From Takakia lepidozioides (lineage: Eukaryota > Plantae > Bryophyta): a stretch of DNA of 64,000 nucleotides. Positions 11,766-23,660 of the stretch are shown one piece after another. The notes under the pieces were generated by a model. That model did not search any database. It had not been told where the DNA came from and saw nothing but the letters and a program-made list of their open reading frames with translations. The stretch spans positions 95,790,001 through 95,854,000 of the forward strand of contig CM060731.1 of the NCBI GenBank assembly GCA_030704615.1, given 5' to 3'. The position numbers and the translations under genes are program-made. Position 1 is the stretch's first letter. Every line of letters begins with the position of its first letter.

Positions 11766-12486
11766 GTGGACAATGTAGTTCTTGAAGGATTGATTGAGGG
11801 ATATTGAAGGATACTTGCCACGGCCATACAAGCGAGTGGATAGAGACAGGAGGGAGAGTGGTGGGATGAGAGCATTCTGGGGTTAGGAATTGCTTTAGTT
11901 TCTCTTCTCCATAGTCTTTCACCCTCTCTGTAGGCCAAAACCTTTCCGTAGGTGGAGGCAAGAGTCAGTCCGGGTTTGGGCTGGGGTGTCCTTGCAGGAG
12001 CGACACTGTGGAGTGTTTTTGGTGTGGGGAGTTGTTGTCTTGATTTTCTTGTGTTTGGATCCCCTCCACACCTGCATGCTTGATTGTGCGCCATGTTAGC
12101 TTTGTGTGGGCGCTTGTTTCATAGGAGGTTGGTCCGGATTTGATCACCGGCCAATCCTAGAGTATGCTGTCGGTGGTGAGGCTGGAGTGATGACCAGCAA
12201 GACCACCAGTGTTTCTTCTATGGTGAGGCTGGGTTGATGACCAGCAGACCATAGGAGTGCTTGCGGTGGATGCAGGTGCAGGTACAGGTCTACGTTAGAA
12301 ACCTATTATTCCTGCTTGAACCAGTAGCCGCAACAGGTTCTTTACCCGGTTACCTTGTAGAAAGTGGGGATTAGAGACAGGTTGACAACCGGTTGGGTTG
12401 TGAGTTTTCATCACGGAGGTGCCACCAGCTGCTGAGGGAGTGCCGGTACAAGCACCAGCGATACTAGTGGGTACACAAGACAAGGT

Positions 12487-15322
12487 GTGCGGTTTAGGCC
12501 ACTTTCACCTTCAGTGTCTTCTGAGGAAGGTTCAGACTCGGAGTCAGGAGGATTCTCGCCGAGGGTGCAAGTCATTTCCGTGCCATTGTTGTGGGACACG
12601 ATGGAGGAGATGTATGGAGCTACCAAGGGGCCACGTAGGTACTCTGGAGCTGTGGGCACCATCGAGCTTGATGACTTTATACAAGAGTTTGACAGTTGGT
12701 GTGATTTGCAGCAAATGCGCAATCCACAACTGTTTACGCCCTTTATGGCGTGGAAGGGGCTATTCCAGCACCTTGAGGGGCCGCCCATGGATGATTACCA
12801 TGAATTTAGGCGGGGACATGCGGTGGAGATTGAGGAGTGGCGAGAGTATTGGTCACCTAACTATGTCTCAATCACTAGAGGCACAAGGGCAGCGGTGACA
12901 CCAGCAGCTACACAAACATCTCCAACTACAAGCACTAGTAGTGGAACAAGTAGTGCCGGCACTTCTGCAGGTGGTACCAGTTCAAAAGGTGCTACTACTC
13001 TCCTCCTGCAATTACAACACATGTGCCTAGATTCAACCCGGTGGTGGAGTTCTTCCAGGAGTTGCGGAGGAACTACCAAGGTGTACGGACAGAGAAGCTG
13101 CAAGTTTGCAAGACTTCCAGCGCAAATCCAGTGAGAGCTTGCGAGAGGCCTACACTCGTATGAGGCGCTTGATAAGTGTGACCCAAGGGGTTACTGAAGC
13201 TCAGGCAGTCCAGTTCTGGTATGGAATTTTGGACAAGGAGCTCAAGAGAAGGGTGCGGGATGCAACCCTGTTACAAGCGGCCCAACCCACATTAGCGGAT
13301 GTGTTTTTGCTGGCTGAGCGGATTGAGCTCAACATGGTGGAGGAGCGAGTTGTTACCATTGGATTTGGCAAGGACATGCCTGCACGAGGTGCAGCTGCCA
13401 GCCAACAGGTACAAGGGACTGCCCAACAGCGTGGTCAGGGGGGCAAGGTTGCCCAACCCAAGTTCCATGGAGCTTACAGGGGACCTCAGGTGCAGAGGCC
13501 CGTGGCATCTTTTGCAGGCCAACAGCAACCAGGGGTGATATGTTGGACATGTGGAGGACCCCATGTCAAGAGAGATTGCCCAGAGAGTGGCAGAAGGCCG
13601 GCACAAGCACAGCCTGCACAGTTGCAGTGTGGGCATTGTGGCAAGTATGGGCATGGAGATGCCCAGTGTTATGACTTGCACCCTGAGTTGCGCCCAGGCC
13701 AGTTCCAAGGGAACAATGGTGGCCGGGGGCGAGGTGGACCAGCCCAGAGAGGACGAGGTGGTCGGGCACGAGGTGCAGGCCAAGGGCAAGCTCAACATGG
13801 CCAAGGACGCGGAGGTCAGGGTGTTGACCAAGACATGGCCAACCGGCTTCAGCAGCTAGAGCAGAGGCTCGCTGCCATGGCTACAGCTCAGGTGGTACCG
13901 GCTCCCAGGCGGGATGGTCCACCTCCTGCTCCTGAGGGAGGACATATGGGAGGCATGGGATTCATGTGCGGAGCAGCACTACCACTAGTGCAGGTGGAGT
14001 CTGTTGCAGCCGTGACTCGAGGAGCAGCACGAGGTGCAGAGGTGGAATTGGATTCACAGCGTGGGGAGGCAAGCCGTCAGGCGAGGCTTCCTCAGTCATT
14101 CACATTGGCGGAGACAGTGTCGACGCCATCCATGGCACCTAGTTCTCGCCCGACTGTTACCGAGGCGGAGGTTACTATGCCATTGGGGAGAGCTACACGT
14201 GCAGCACTGACACCTGCTACCAAGGCTAGTGCAGCCGGTGTGTTATTGGGGGCAGCCACCTCTGTGTGTCAAGCCCCACTGTTCTCGGCAACCATGATTG
14301 TGACGTCGGGGGTAAGACCAGCTGCAGTGTTCAGACTAGCAGCAACACTCTGCGAGAGTGGGGAGGTCACTTCATCTTCTGCGGAGTTACTGGAAGGTGT
14401 AGTGGCAGAGGGATCCTCGGATTTGAGGGTCAAGACTGCCACGGCTGCGCCATGGCAAGCTGCAGCTACCAGGTTGACGGAGCTGCCAGCTAGGCCAGCC
14501 TTTGAGCGCGCCATGGTGACACCTGGAGTTGTCTTGTTAGACAACCAGGGAGGCATTTTCACTTTGAGTGGACCGGCAGGCAAGAAGTACTGGCCACTGC
14601 GGGTCTTGTTGGACTCAGGAGCTCAGCCACTGATGTTGGGCAGAGCTGCTATTGCAGGTTTGGGCCTCATGGAGGCGGATATGGAGCCTTGTCCTTTCCA
14701 GATACAGACATCTCTGGGAGGATCAGAGCAGGCTCGGGGCATGACACGGCGTGAGTTGGCCATTGGACTACAACCAGATCATTCTATAGATGGCTCAGTG
14801 ATGCGAGCCAAGGCCATTGTGACAGACGCAGTCTCTTACGATGTCCTTGTTGGTGGGGCAGTGTTATATCCCATGGGCTTCACCCTGGACTTTTGGGAGG
14901 AGTCAGCATCCTACAGGCCTGGATGGCAGTCAGGGGATGGTCGTCATGCACAGCTCCCTGTGACATTCATTAGGGGTATTGCGGCTGCCCAGCGGGGCAA
15001 GCTGCCAACACTAGCCGCCTTTACAGCTGCAGTTAGTTGCCCTGGAGAGTTGCTGGAATGCAATGCCCATGCAGAGGATGTGCCACCTCCAGCAGAGCAG
15101 GATGACATGCATGGTACGGCGGAGTTGCCTGCCATGGTTGCTCACACTCCATTATGGGGTACGAGCAAGGATTTGCAGCAGGCTGCTGATGGACGGGTAC
15201 AACAAGCCTGGGTAGAGGCCTTCGTACCGTCAGGAGAAGAGGAGAGTGCGGTGATTGCACCAGGACCACCTCAGTTGTCGCCATTGGACACCACACCTCT
15301 TGTGTGGCAGTGCCCGGATGAA
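12487..15322 (+). pseudogene. Gag (two zinc knuckles) and aspartic protease; frameshift near 13000-13100
   Basis: CWTCGGPHVKRDC, CGHCGKYGHGDAQC, VLLDSGAQ. Confidence 0.85.
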
Positions 15323-16290
15323 GGCATATGCCTTCTGGACTTGTTTGGCGGGATCAGCACTGGATTGGCTGCAGTACTGCAGGCAGGTGTACGAGTTTGA
15401 CGTTACCTGTATGTGGAGAGGGATGAGACTGCATGACGCGTCTCACTGCACCATGTTGCTCAGTTGGTACAGCAGTACCCTGATTTGTTGCCAGTGTCTG
15501 CAGTTCGTGGATACCAACAAGCCTTGCCAGCAGACATTTCGTTGTTGGGGGCGCAGGATTTGGAGCGGGTTGGCTCCATTGATCTGGTAGTGGCAGGTTG
15601 GCCCTGCCAAGGGCATTCATCAGCCGGGCATGGCAATGGATTGCGAGACTCGAGGACGGGTCTGTTTTGGGAGATGGTGCGGATTTTGCGCCACTTGCAG
15701 CTTCATCAAGCTGTATCTCCAGCATACATCTTGGAGAATGTGCCACTGATGGGTGATTCTCGGGCCAGGGTGATGGCCAGTGTGCATCAAGTCTGGTCAT
15801 GGCTTGGGTCAGCAGTGTTGCTGGATGCAGCAACAGTGGGGTCATGGGCTCATCGTCCACGGCTATGGTGGACTAACTTGATGCCACCCGCACTGCTCAA
15901 GCGTGCATTTGATGGGGTGCAGCGGCCAGCACACCTCACAGTGGATAGCATTTTGGACACAGGGAGGCAGTCTCAACGTGTGAGACACGATGACCATTCG
16001 CCTTTGGTAGTGGTCAACAGGGTGGGTCAACCACGAGCAGCATTACCTACACTGCTCAGCTTCCTAGGATCCCATGCTTTTCGGGATGGTGGACCTGGCC
16101 TCTTGTGGGATAGCCAGTTGCAACAATTAGTGGAGCCCAATGCTGACGAGCGCGAGCGGGCGATGGGTTTTACCACAGGTACCACGGCGGTGCCATCTCT
16201 TTCTGAGGCATCACCTCATCAGGTGTTGGGGCAAGCAATGGATCTCAATTGCTTGACCTGGATTATCAGCTTGGCTATGGCTGAGCAGCG
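15323..16290 (+). pseudogene. C5 cytosine DNA methyltransferase domain in frame within pol, with two in-frame TGA stops
   Basis: Motif I LDLFGGIS, IV AGWPCQG, VI YILENV, VIII AHRPRLWW, X LGQAM; stops at 15398 and 15434. Confidence 0.92.
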
Positions 16291-16702
16291 CAGAGTACGG
16301 AGTACACTTCCCTTCATGGTCTCCCTGCCTACCGAGACGGTATAGGTAGCGAGTGGGGGTGAGCAGGTGAGGACCACGAGGTGCAAGCCGCATCCATGGC
16401 ACACGTGGGAGGTGCTCGAGGTTCAGAAGGAGTTGGCAGCCAAGGCGGCGGTGATGGATCAGGTTGGGGATTTTTCTCGGATTGAGGAGGTCCTCAAGGA
16501 TGGGATGATGGGGCAGGATGAGACATTGTCACTGACAGAGGAGGCAGTGGTCACTGCTCAAGAGGTTGCAGCATAGCAACCACAGGACGCGTCTTCTACC
16601 TCTAAGCCTGCTGGACTCAAGGTTGCAGTCACGGAGGACAACTGGGAGCCTGATGTTGGACCTATAGTCACCGGAGGAGAGAGACGACGTATACGGCGGT
16701 TC

Positions 16703-18184
16703 TTGAGGGCTTACAGGAACTGCTTTGCCTTCAGTTTGAAGGACTTAGGAGCACTGAAGGGTCAAGAGATTCGCATTGAATTGGCTACTGACACGCCAAT
16801 CTTTCGGAGACCCTATAGATACAGTGACATGGAGAGGTCCTTGATTCAGATGAGAACTCAGGACCTTTGGGAGGCTGGTTTGGTGGAGCTATCTGGGGGA
16901 GAGTATGCTTCAGCCACAGTGATGCCAGCCAAGAAGGATGTCTTTGGCAATTGGACGGAGAGACGTATGTGCGGTGATTACCGGCCTGTAAATCGTCAGA
17001 CCAAGTCCGATAGGTATGCCATGCCAACACCAGAGGAGATCTTTGATGCCATTGGGCATGCCAAGGTCTTTAGCATGTTGGATTTACGATCCGGATATCA
17101 CCAGTTGCCGATCAAGGAGGCGGATAAGCAAAAGACGGCATTCTGGGGGATCAATGAGCACGGGAAGGATTGCCTATACCAGTGGCGGTTCTTACCATTT
17201 GGGCTTAAGAACGCTCCGGCAGAGTTTCAGAGAGTCATGGACAGGATTCTAGCAGGGGTGGAGTTTGCTCGGTGCTACATAGATGACATCATCATCTTTA
17301 GTGCTACGGTGGAAGAGCATGAGAGACACCTTCAGGGGGTATTTGAGCGCTTGAGGGCGCACGGATTGAAGTTACATCCGGGAAAGTGCAAGTTTTTCCA
17401 CAACCAGATTGAGTATCTGGGTCACATGATATATCCTGGAGGATTGGGGGTACAGCAGACTAAGGTAGAGTCCATTGCACAGGTTCCACGCCCCACGGAT
17501 ATGAGCCGAGTTCGAGCTTTCATGGGGTTAGCAAACTATATACGGTTTGTTAAGGGATTTAGTGCCATTGCAAAGGCTCTAACCAAGCTGACCAAGGTGG
17601 ACCAGGAGTGGCAGTGGGAAGATGAGCAAGAACAAGCTTTTCAAGAGCTCAAGGCGAGGTTGACCTCGGCGCCCATCTTGAGACGACCTATCAGGGGGCG
17701 TCCTTTTCAGCTACATACAGATTGGAGCATGCTGGGGCTTGGAGCGGTGCTCACACAGGTGGATGATGAGGGAAGAGAGTTCGTAGTGGCTTATGCTAGC
17801 CGCTCGAACAACGTTGCAGAGTCTAAGTATAGCTCATATGAGGGAGAATGCTTAGCTGCAGTGTGGGCCGTGGCACACTTCAGGTGCTATCTATACGGCA
17901 ATCTCTTCACCCTTGTCACGAATCACCAACCACTCAAGTGGTTGATGGAGTCAGACAAGCTTACGGGGAAGCTTGCACGGTGGGCACTCATCCTTCAAGA
18001 GTATGACTTTCAGGTGGTGCACCGACCGGGTTTGGTCAATCGCAATGCAGATGGGTTGAGTCGCAATCCATGCACGAGCCAGCAGGATGACACTGGAGCT
18101 CGGTGGCATGGTGAGACGGACGAGGAGATGGTGCCCGGATGGCATGCATCTGCATTTCTGTGTATCTTGGCAGCGGAAGGCTAG
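16703..18184 (+). pseudogene. Reverse transcriptase and RNase H
   Basis: CGDYRPVN, PFGLKNAP, YIDD, LHTDWS, AYASRSNN..E. Confidence 0.93.
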
Positions 18185-18202
18185 GTTGGACCTGCAACAG
18201 GG

Positions 18203-19372
18203 ATGACTGTAGATCAAGTGTCTGAGGACCCTGAGGCCAGCAATGAGCAAGGTGGCGCCAAATATATACATGAGGATTCAGTTGTGTTGGACTACCTCCG
18301 CACTGGAGACACTGCAGCCACTGTGACTGCCAAGGAGACGGATCGGATCCTACAACGAGCCAAGAGGTTCAAGTGGGAGGGGACACACCTGCTCCGAGTG
18401 TGGGAGGATGATCGAGTGAGGATTGTGCCTCACCCAACACAGCGGGCACGGTTAGTGCGGCATGCCCATGAGGAGTTGGGGCATTTTGGGGTGCGACGCA
18501 CTCATAGTCTACTGCAGGGGCAGTATTGGTGGCGTGGTATGCACACAGAGGTGCAACAATTTGTGGCTAGGTGCATGGTGTGTTACAGGGTGCGTGCTTC
18601 ATTCAACGCCCCTACTCCACAATTGCACCCTCTTCCGATCATGGGATTGGGCTACAGGTGGAGTCTTGACTTCGCAGGGCCGTTGCCACTGACCATGCGC
18701 CACAACAAGTACGTGTTGGTGATGGTGGAGCACTTCTCCAAGTGGATTGAATTGCTTCCATTGCCTGATAAGGCTAGTGAGGGAGCTGCGTATGCATTCT
18801 TGGATTGTGTGCTTAGCCGATTCGGTGCTCCAGCTGAGGTACTCACGGACCAAGGGAGAGAGTTCTTGGGGGAGTTTCAGGCTTTGTGTGACAAGGCCTT
18901 AATAGACCACCGCACCACTTCTCGGGATCATCCTGAGGCCGATGGCTTGGCAGAGAGAGTTGTTCAGACAGTAAAGAGGGGTTTGCGCAAGTATGGCTTG
19001 CAGAAGGGACACCTAGGAGATTGGGACCTTCAGTTACCCTGGTTAGCCATGGGCTACAGGTTTAGCAAGCAAGCATCACTTGCCTCCTTCTCACCATACT
19101 TTCTTCTCTTTGGCCGAGAGCCGGATTTGCCTACATCCATTCGCAGAGAAGCTGCTACAGTTCTTAACCTTGACGATCCGGACGTGTGGGCACGTGCATG
19201 TGAGCAGCGTGCAGAGTTGTTCAAGAAAGTCATGCCCATGGCTTTCGAGAACCTTGTCATTGCACAACATCGTGATACGTTGAGATATGCTACCATACGT
19301 GGTGGGGGCTATCGTCCTGGGGTTCGGAGATTCAACCAAGGGTTCGAGAGGTATTGCCCTCAGGAGTCCTGA
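18203..19372 (+). pseudogene. DDE integrase
   Basis: H-H-C-C zinc finger (HEELGH..CMVC), LDFAGP, TDQGREF, GLAER. Confidence 0.93.
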
Positions 19373-19638
19373 TCTTGGAGGGTCGGGATGGCATGATTTG
19401 GAAGGACCATGTGCGTAATTGCGCGCCATGTCACCTTCCAAATGTTGATGGAAGGGTTGACCCAAACCTGGCAGTGGTACCTGCAAGTTTGAGGTGCATG
19501 TTGTGTGGGTCTGCTAGAGGGGCAGCCACCATGCTGGTGTGTGATCAATGCTCTAGAGGTTGGCATATGGGATGCTTGACTCCACCTCTTGAGATGGTTC
19601 CTGATGGGGATTGGTTATGTCCGCATTGCATTGGATAG
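19354..19638 (+). pseudogene. Integrase C-terminal extension with PHD finger
   Basis: CMLC..MLVCDQCSRGWHMGCLTPPL..VPDGDWLCPHC (C4HC3). Confidence 0.9.
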
Positions 19639-19897
19639 TGGAAGTGGATACAACCATGGAAGGCTAACAATAAATGCAAGGCCAAGCTACTAGGAGACCA
19701 ACACACGAGATCCTGACTCAAGTTCACAGATTGCAAGACGGCAACTAACGATGGGGTTGCTCTTGTACCCGGCCTCTTGGTCTATAGAGTTTGAGTACAA
19801 TAGGGACAGTGATAGAGGACTTAGTACGGCTGTGGCTATTACATCTTGTAGCTATCTGGAGTTAGAGGGACCTAACCACCAGCTAGGGGGGCGATTC

Positions 19898-19980
19898 TGA
19901 TATAGCTTTCTAGGATTGTGTGCTTAGATTGTGTGGTGGACAGCGATGTATGTTGTGGCACGATGCTTAGGTGCACGACA
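19898..19980 (+). repeat. Repeat B1 (83 bp), preceded by PPT-like AGGGGGGCGA
   Basis: Matches 20407-20489 with 2 mismatches. Confidence 0.93.
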
Positions 19981-19982
19981 GC

Positions 19983-20403
19983 TGTCATGGTTTTAGTCAT
20001 GGTTATCTAGAATTACCTACTTCTAGTTAACTAGGACATTTTAGATATTTATATTTATATTTTGTGTGTTGGGACTTCATTTGGTCTCACATGCCAAGTG
20101 AGGTGTCGAGCCTCACTTGAGACATGGAGATAGGTTTTCCCCTTGTGAGTGTTGAGGAGGCTCATCTTCTTGTAGTTGAGCCTCCATGAGCTTCTCTCAC
20201 CTCCATAGCTCTAGGTATTGAGAGAGTGTGTGTTGAGGGCTTTGTAGGGTGGATTCCTTTAGCAAAGGTGCCCTTGGCTTGACTTAGTTTATGTGATAGA
20301 GTGGATTTCACTTGGAAGGACTAGGGCTTGTTCTTCATGTGATTGTTTCATGCTTTGAGAGCTTTCATTGTCTTCTACTTCTCTCATTTCTCATCTCTTA
20401 TCA
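19983..20403 (+). repeat. Repeat A2 (internal copy of the 5' terminus)
   Basis: Matches 9488-9908. Confidence 0.95.
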
Positions 20404-20406
20404 TTG

Positions 20407-20489
20407 TGGTATAGCTTTCTAGGATTGTGTGCTTAGATTGTGTGGTGGACAGCGATGTATGTTGTGGCACGATGCTTAGGTGCACAACA
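20407..20489 (+). repeat. Terminal repeat B2
   Basis: Matches 19898-19980; ends in CA, followed by the TSD. Confidence 0.93.
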
Positions 20490-20739
20490 TGTATTTGGAG
20501 GTTTGCTATTTCATGAGCATGAGCGGCATGAGCGGCATGAGCAGAGTAGTAACACTATCGGTTTTCATGAGCAGAAGTACAAATTTCGAAAATAAAAAAC
20601 AATAAAAAACAATAATTTAATGCAATGTGTCAGAAAAAACAAATATATTATTCGGCCCCTTGAAGGGAAAATTGCAGTTTTGACAGTTGTGCTCATGATA
20701 TTTCGTCTTCCGCTCATGCCAATTCCCAGCGACATGTGC

Positions 20740-23660
20740 AAATATGGCGCCGAATTTCGCGGTAATAGGGTCCGTAACCTGAAAAAACGGCGACGTATTT
20801 CGCGGCAATAGGTCTCTCTGGCGAAAAATGATGCCGAATTCCGCGGCTATAGGTCCCCTCATGACAGGTAATTCGGCGCCATTTTTCCAGTGCATGTTCG
20901 GACTTAGCCAGTTTTCGGCGCAAAATAGGGAAATTCGGCGCCATTTTTCCAGACACTGTACCAGTGCATGTTGGGACTTAGCCAGTTTTCGGCCCAAAAA
21001 AGAGAAATTCGGCGCCATTTTTCCAGACACGGTACGAGTGCATGTTGGGACTTAGCCAGTTTTCGGCCCCAAAAAGAGAAATTCGGCGCCATTTTCCCAA
21101 ACACAGGTACCAGTGCATGTTGGGACTTAGCGAGTTTTCGGCCCCAAAAAGAGAAATTCGGCGCCATTTTTCCAGAAATGGCCCCACAACTGCTTCTGTT
21201 GGATCTCAGTTTGAATGGAATATTGTTGAACCTTGTCTCCGGAATGCGGCCCCTCGTCTTTGCGCAATAACTGCCAACGGTATGCAGTCAGAAAGTGGGG
21301 GGCCGTCCGGATGATGACGGCTGAAGGGGAGAAGCCGGCACCGTGCCGTCACATTACTACCCCCGAATGGAAATTCGGCACCCAATATCCAACAGAGGAA
21401 GCCCGGATTAAGTCGCCTCGGGCGCAGAGGCCGGAGTGTGTGCGACAGAGAACATCCCCTGGATGGAGATTCGGCGCCGAATTTCCATCCGGGCCCCCCC
21501 AAAGGGAGTCGTGTCGGGGGGTCAGGCCGAAAACTGGACGGCATAAAAACATCCCCAGATGGAAAAACGGCGCCGAATTTCCATCCGGGGCGGTTCGGAT
21601 GCAGTCGGGGAGGGGGGAGTGGCCTGCACTTGGCCGTCACATTTCAACCCCCGGACGGAAATTCGGCACCGAATATCGAACAGGGGACGCCCGGATGAAG
21701 TCGCCTCGGGCGCAGAGGCCGACAAGTGTGCGACAGAGAACATCCCCTGGATGGAGATTCGGCGCCGAATTTCCATCCGGGTCCCCCCCAAAGGAAGTCT
21801 TGTCGGGGGGTCAGACCGAAAACTGGCCGACATAAAAACCTCCCCAGATGGGAAAACGGCGCCGAATTTCAATTCGGGGCCATTCCAATGCAGTCGGGAA
21901 GAAGGGAGAGGTCGGCACCTGGCCGTCATATTTCAACCCCCGGGACGGAAATTCGGCACCGAATATCCAACAGAGCGGCGGAGAGGCGGCACCTCTCCGA
22001 CAGAGACCATCCCCCGGATGGAAATTCGGCGCCGAATTTCCATCCAGCAGGTAAGTGGAATCCCGGATGGATGGAGATTCGGCGCCGAATTTCCATCCTG
22101 CAGGTAATTCGAATACCGGATGGATGGAAATTCGGCGCCGAATTTCCATCCAGCAGGTAAGTGGAATCCCGGATGGATGGAAATTCGGCGCCGAATTTCC
22201 ATCCTGCAGGTAATTGATATCCCGGATGGATGGAAATTCGGCGCCGAATTTCCATCCAGCAGGTAAGTGGAATCCCGGATGGATGGAGATTCGGCGCCAA
22301 ATTTCCATTGATCCGGGATTCCACTTACCGGATCAATGGAAATTCGGTGCCGAATTTCCATCTAGCAGGTAAGTCGGATCGGTGGCGTATGGATATTCGG
22401 CGCCGAATTTCCATTCGCCATGTATTTCATCGCTCAGAATTACCTTCCTGCAGGTAATTCCCAGATGAGAATTACCTTCGTGCAGGTAATTTCCAGATGA
22501 GAATTACCTTCGTGCAGGTAATTCCAATCGATGCCGGTAGGATGTTAATTCCTCGTCCAGAATTACCTGCACGAAGGTAATTCTGATCGACGAATTACCT
22601 GCAGGAAGGTAATTCTCATCTGGGAATTACCTGCACGAAGGTAATTCCTCGCTCAGAAATACTTGGCGAATGGAAATTCGGCGTCGAATATCCATACGGC
22701 ACCGATCCGACTTACCTGCTGGATGGAAATTCGGCGCCGAATTTCCATTCATCCGGGATTCGAATCACCTGCTGGACGGAAATTCGGCGCCGAATTTCCA
22801 TTCATCCGGTATTCGAATTACCTGCAGGATGGAAATTTGGCGCCGAATTTTCATTTATCCGGGATTCCACTTACCTGCAGGATGGAAATTCGGCACCGAA
22901 TTACCTGCGTGAGGGAAATTCGGCGCGCCGCCCTACCTTCGCGGATGGAAATTCGGCGCCGGATTTCCATCCGAGCGCTTCCGAATTACCTGCTTGAGGG
23001 AAATTTCCAGCACGCCCTACCTGGCTGGATGGAAATTCGGCGCCGGATTTCCATCCGCGCGCGCTTCCGAATTACCTGCTTCAGGGAAATTTCCAGCGCC
23101 GCACTACCTGGTTGGATGGAAATTCGGCGCCGGATTTCCATCCGAGCGCTTCCGAATTACCTGCTTGAGGGAAATTTCCAGCGCCGCCCTACCGGGCTGG
23201 ATGGAAATTCGGCGCCGGATTTCCATCCGAGCGCTTCCGAATTACCTGCTTGAGGGAAATTTCCAGCGCCGCCCTACCGGGCTGGATGGAAATTCGGCGC
23301 CGGATTTCCATCCGAGCGCTTCCGAATTATCTGCGTGAGGGAAATTTCCAGCGCCGCCCTACCTGGCTGGATGGAAATTCGGCGCCGGATTTCCATCCGC
23401 GCGCTTCCGAATTACCTGCGTGAGGGAAATTTCCAGCGCCGCCCTACCTGGCTGGATGGAAATTTGTCGCCGGATTTCCATCCGCGTGCTTCCGAATTAC
23501 CTGCGTGAGGGAAATTTCCAGCGCCGCCCTTCCTCCGCGGATGGAAATTTGGCGCCGGATATCCATCCTGCTGCGCTCCGAATTACCTGCAGGATGGAAA
23601 TCCGGCGCCGGAATTCCATCGTGCAGCGCTCCGAATTACCTCTACGTTGGAAATTCCGGG
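20740..23660. repeat. Composite array of more than 30 copies of the palindrome GAAATTCGGCGCCGAATTTC (sub-arrays with 74, 96, 53 and 85-bp periods)
   Basis: Read directly; the perfect 30-bp form GGATGGAAATTCGGCGCCGAATTTCCATCC occurs at e.g. 22016-22045. Confidence 0.95.

Larger units (their letters stand above)
9488..20489 (+). mobile_element. Ty3/Gypsy retrotransposon (Chlamyvir-like) encoding Gag-PR-C5 DNMT-RT-RH-INT-PHD, with split direct repeats
   Basis: TGTC...CAACA ends flanked by TGTA (9484-9487, 20490-20493); domain motifs as listed in the sub-features; repeats arranged A1...B1-A2-B2. Confidence 0.88.

Noticed and set aside
12170-12255. Hammerhead ribozyme
   Set aside because: Lacks the CUGANGA/GAAA core
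20407-20418. tRNA-iMet PBS after A2 (TGGTAT...)
   Set aside because: Only 6 nt match TGGTATCAGAGC, it is part of repeat B, and it lies at the 3' end of the element
20740-23660. CRISPR array
   Set aside because: The spacers are themselves repeated, periods vary by sub-array, there are no cas genes, and the context is eukaryotic
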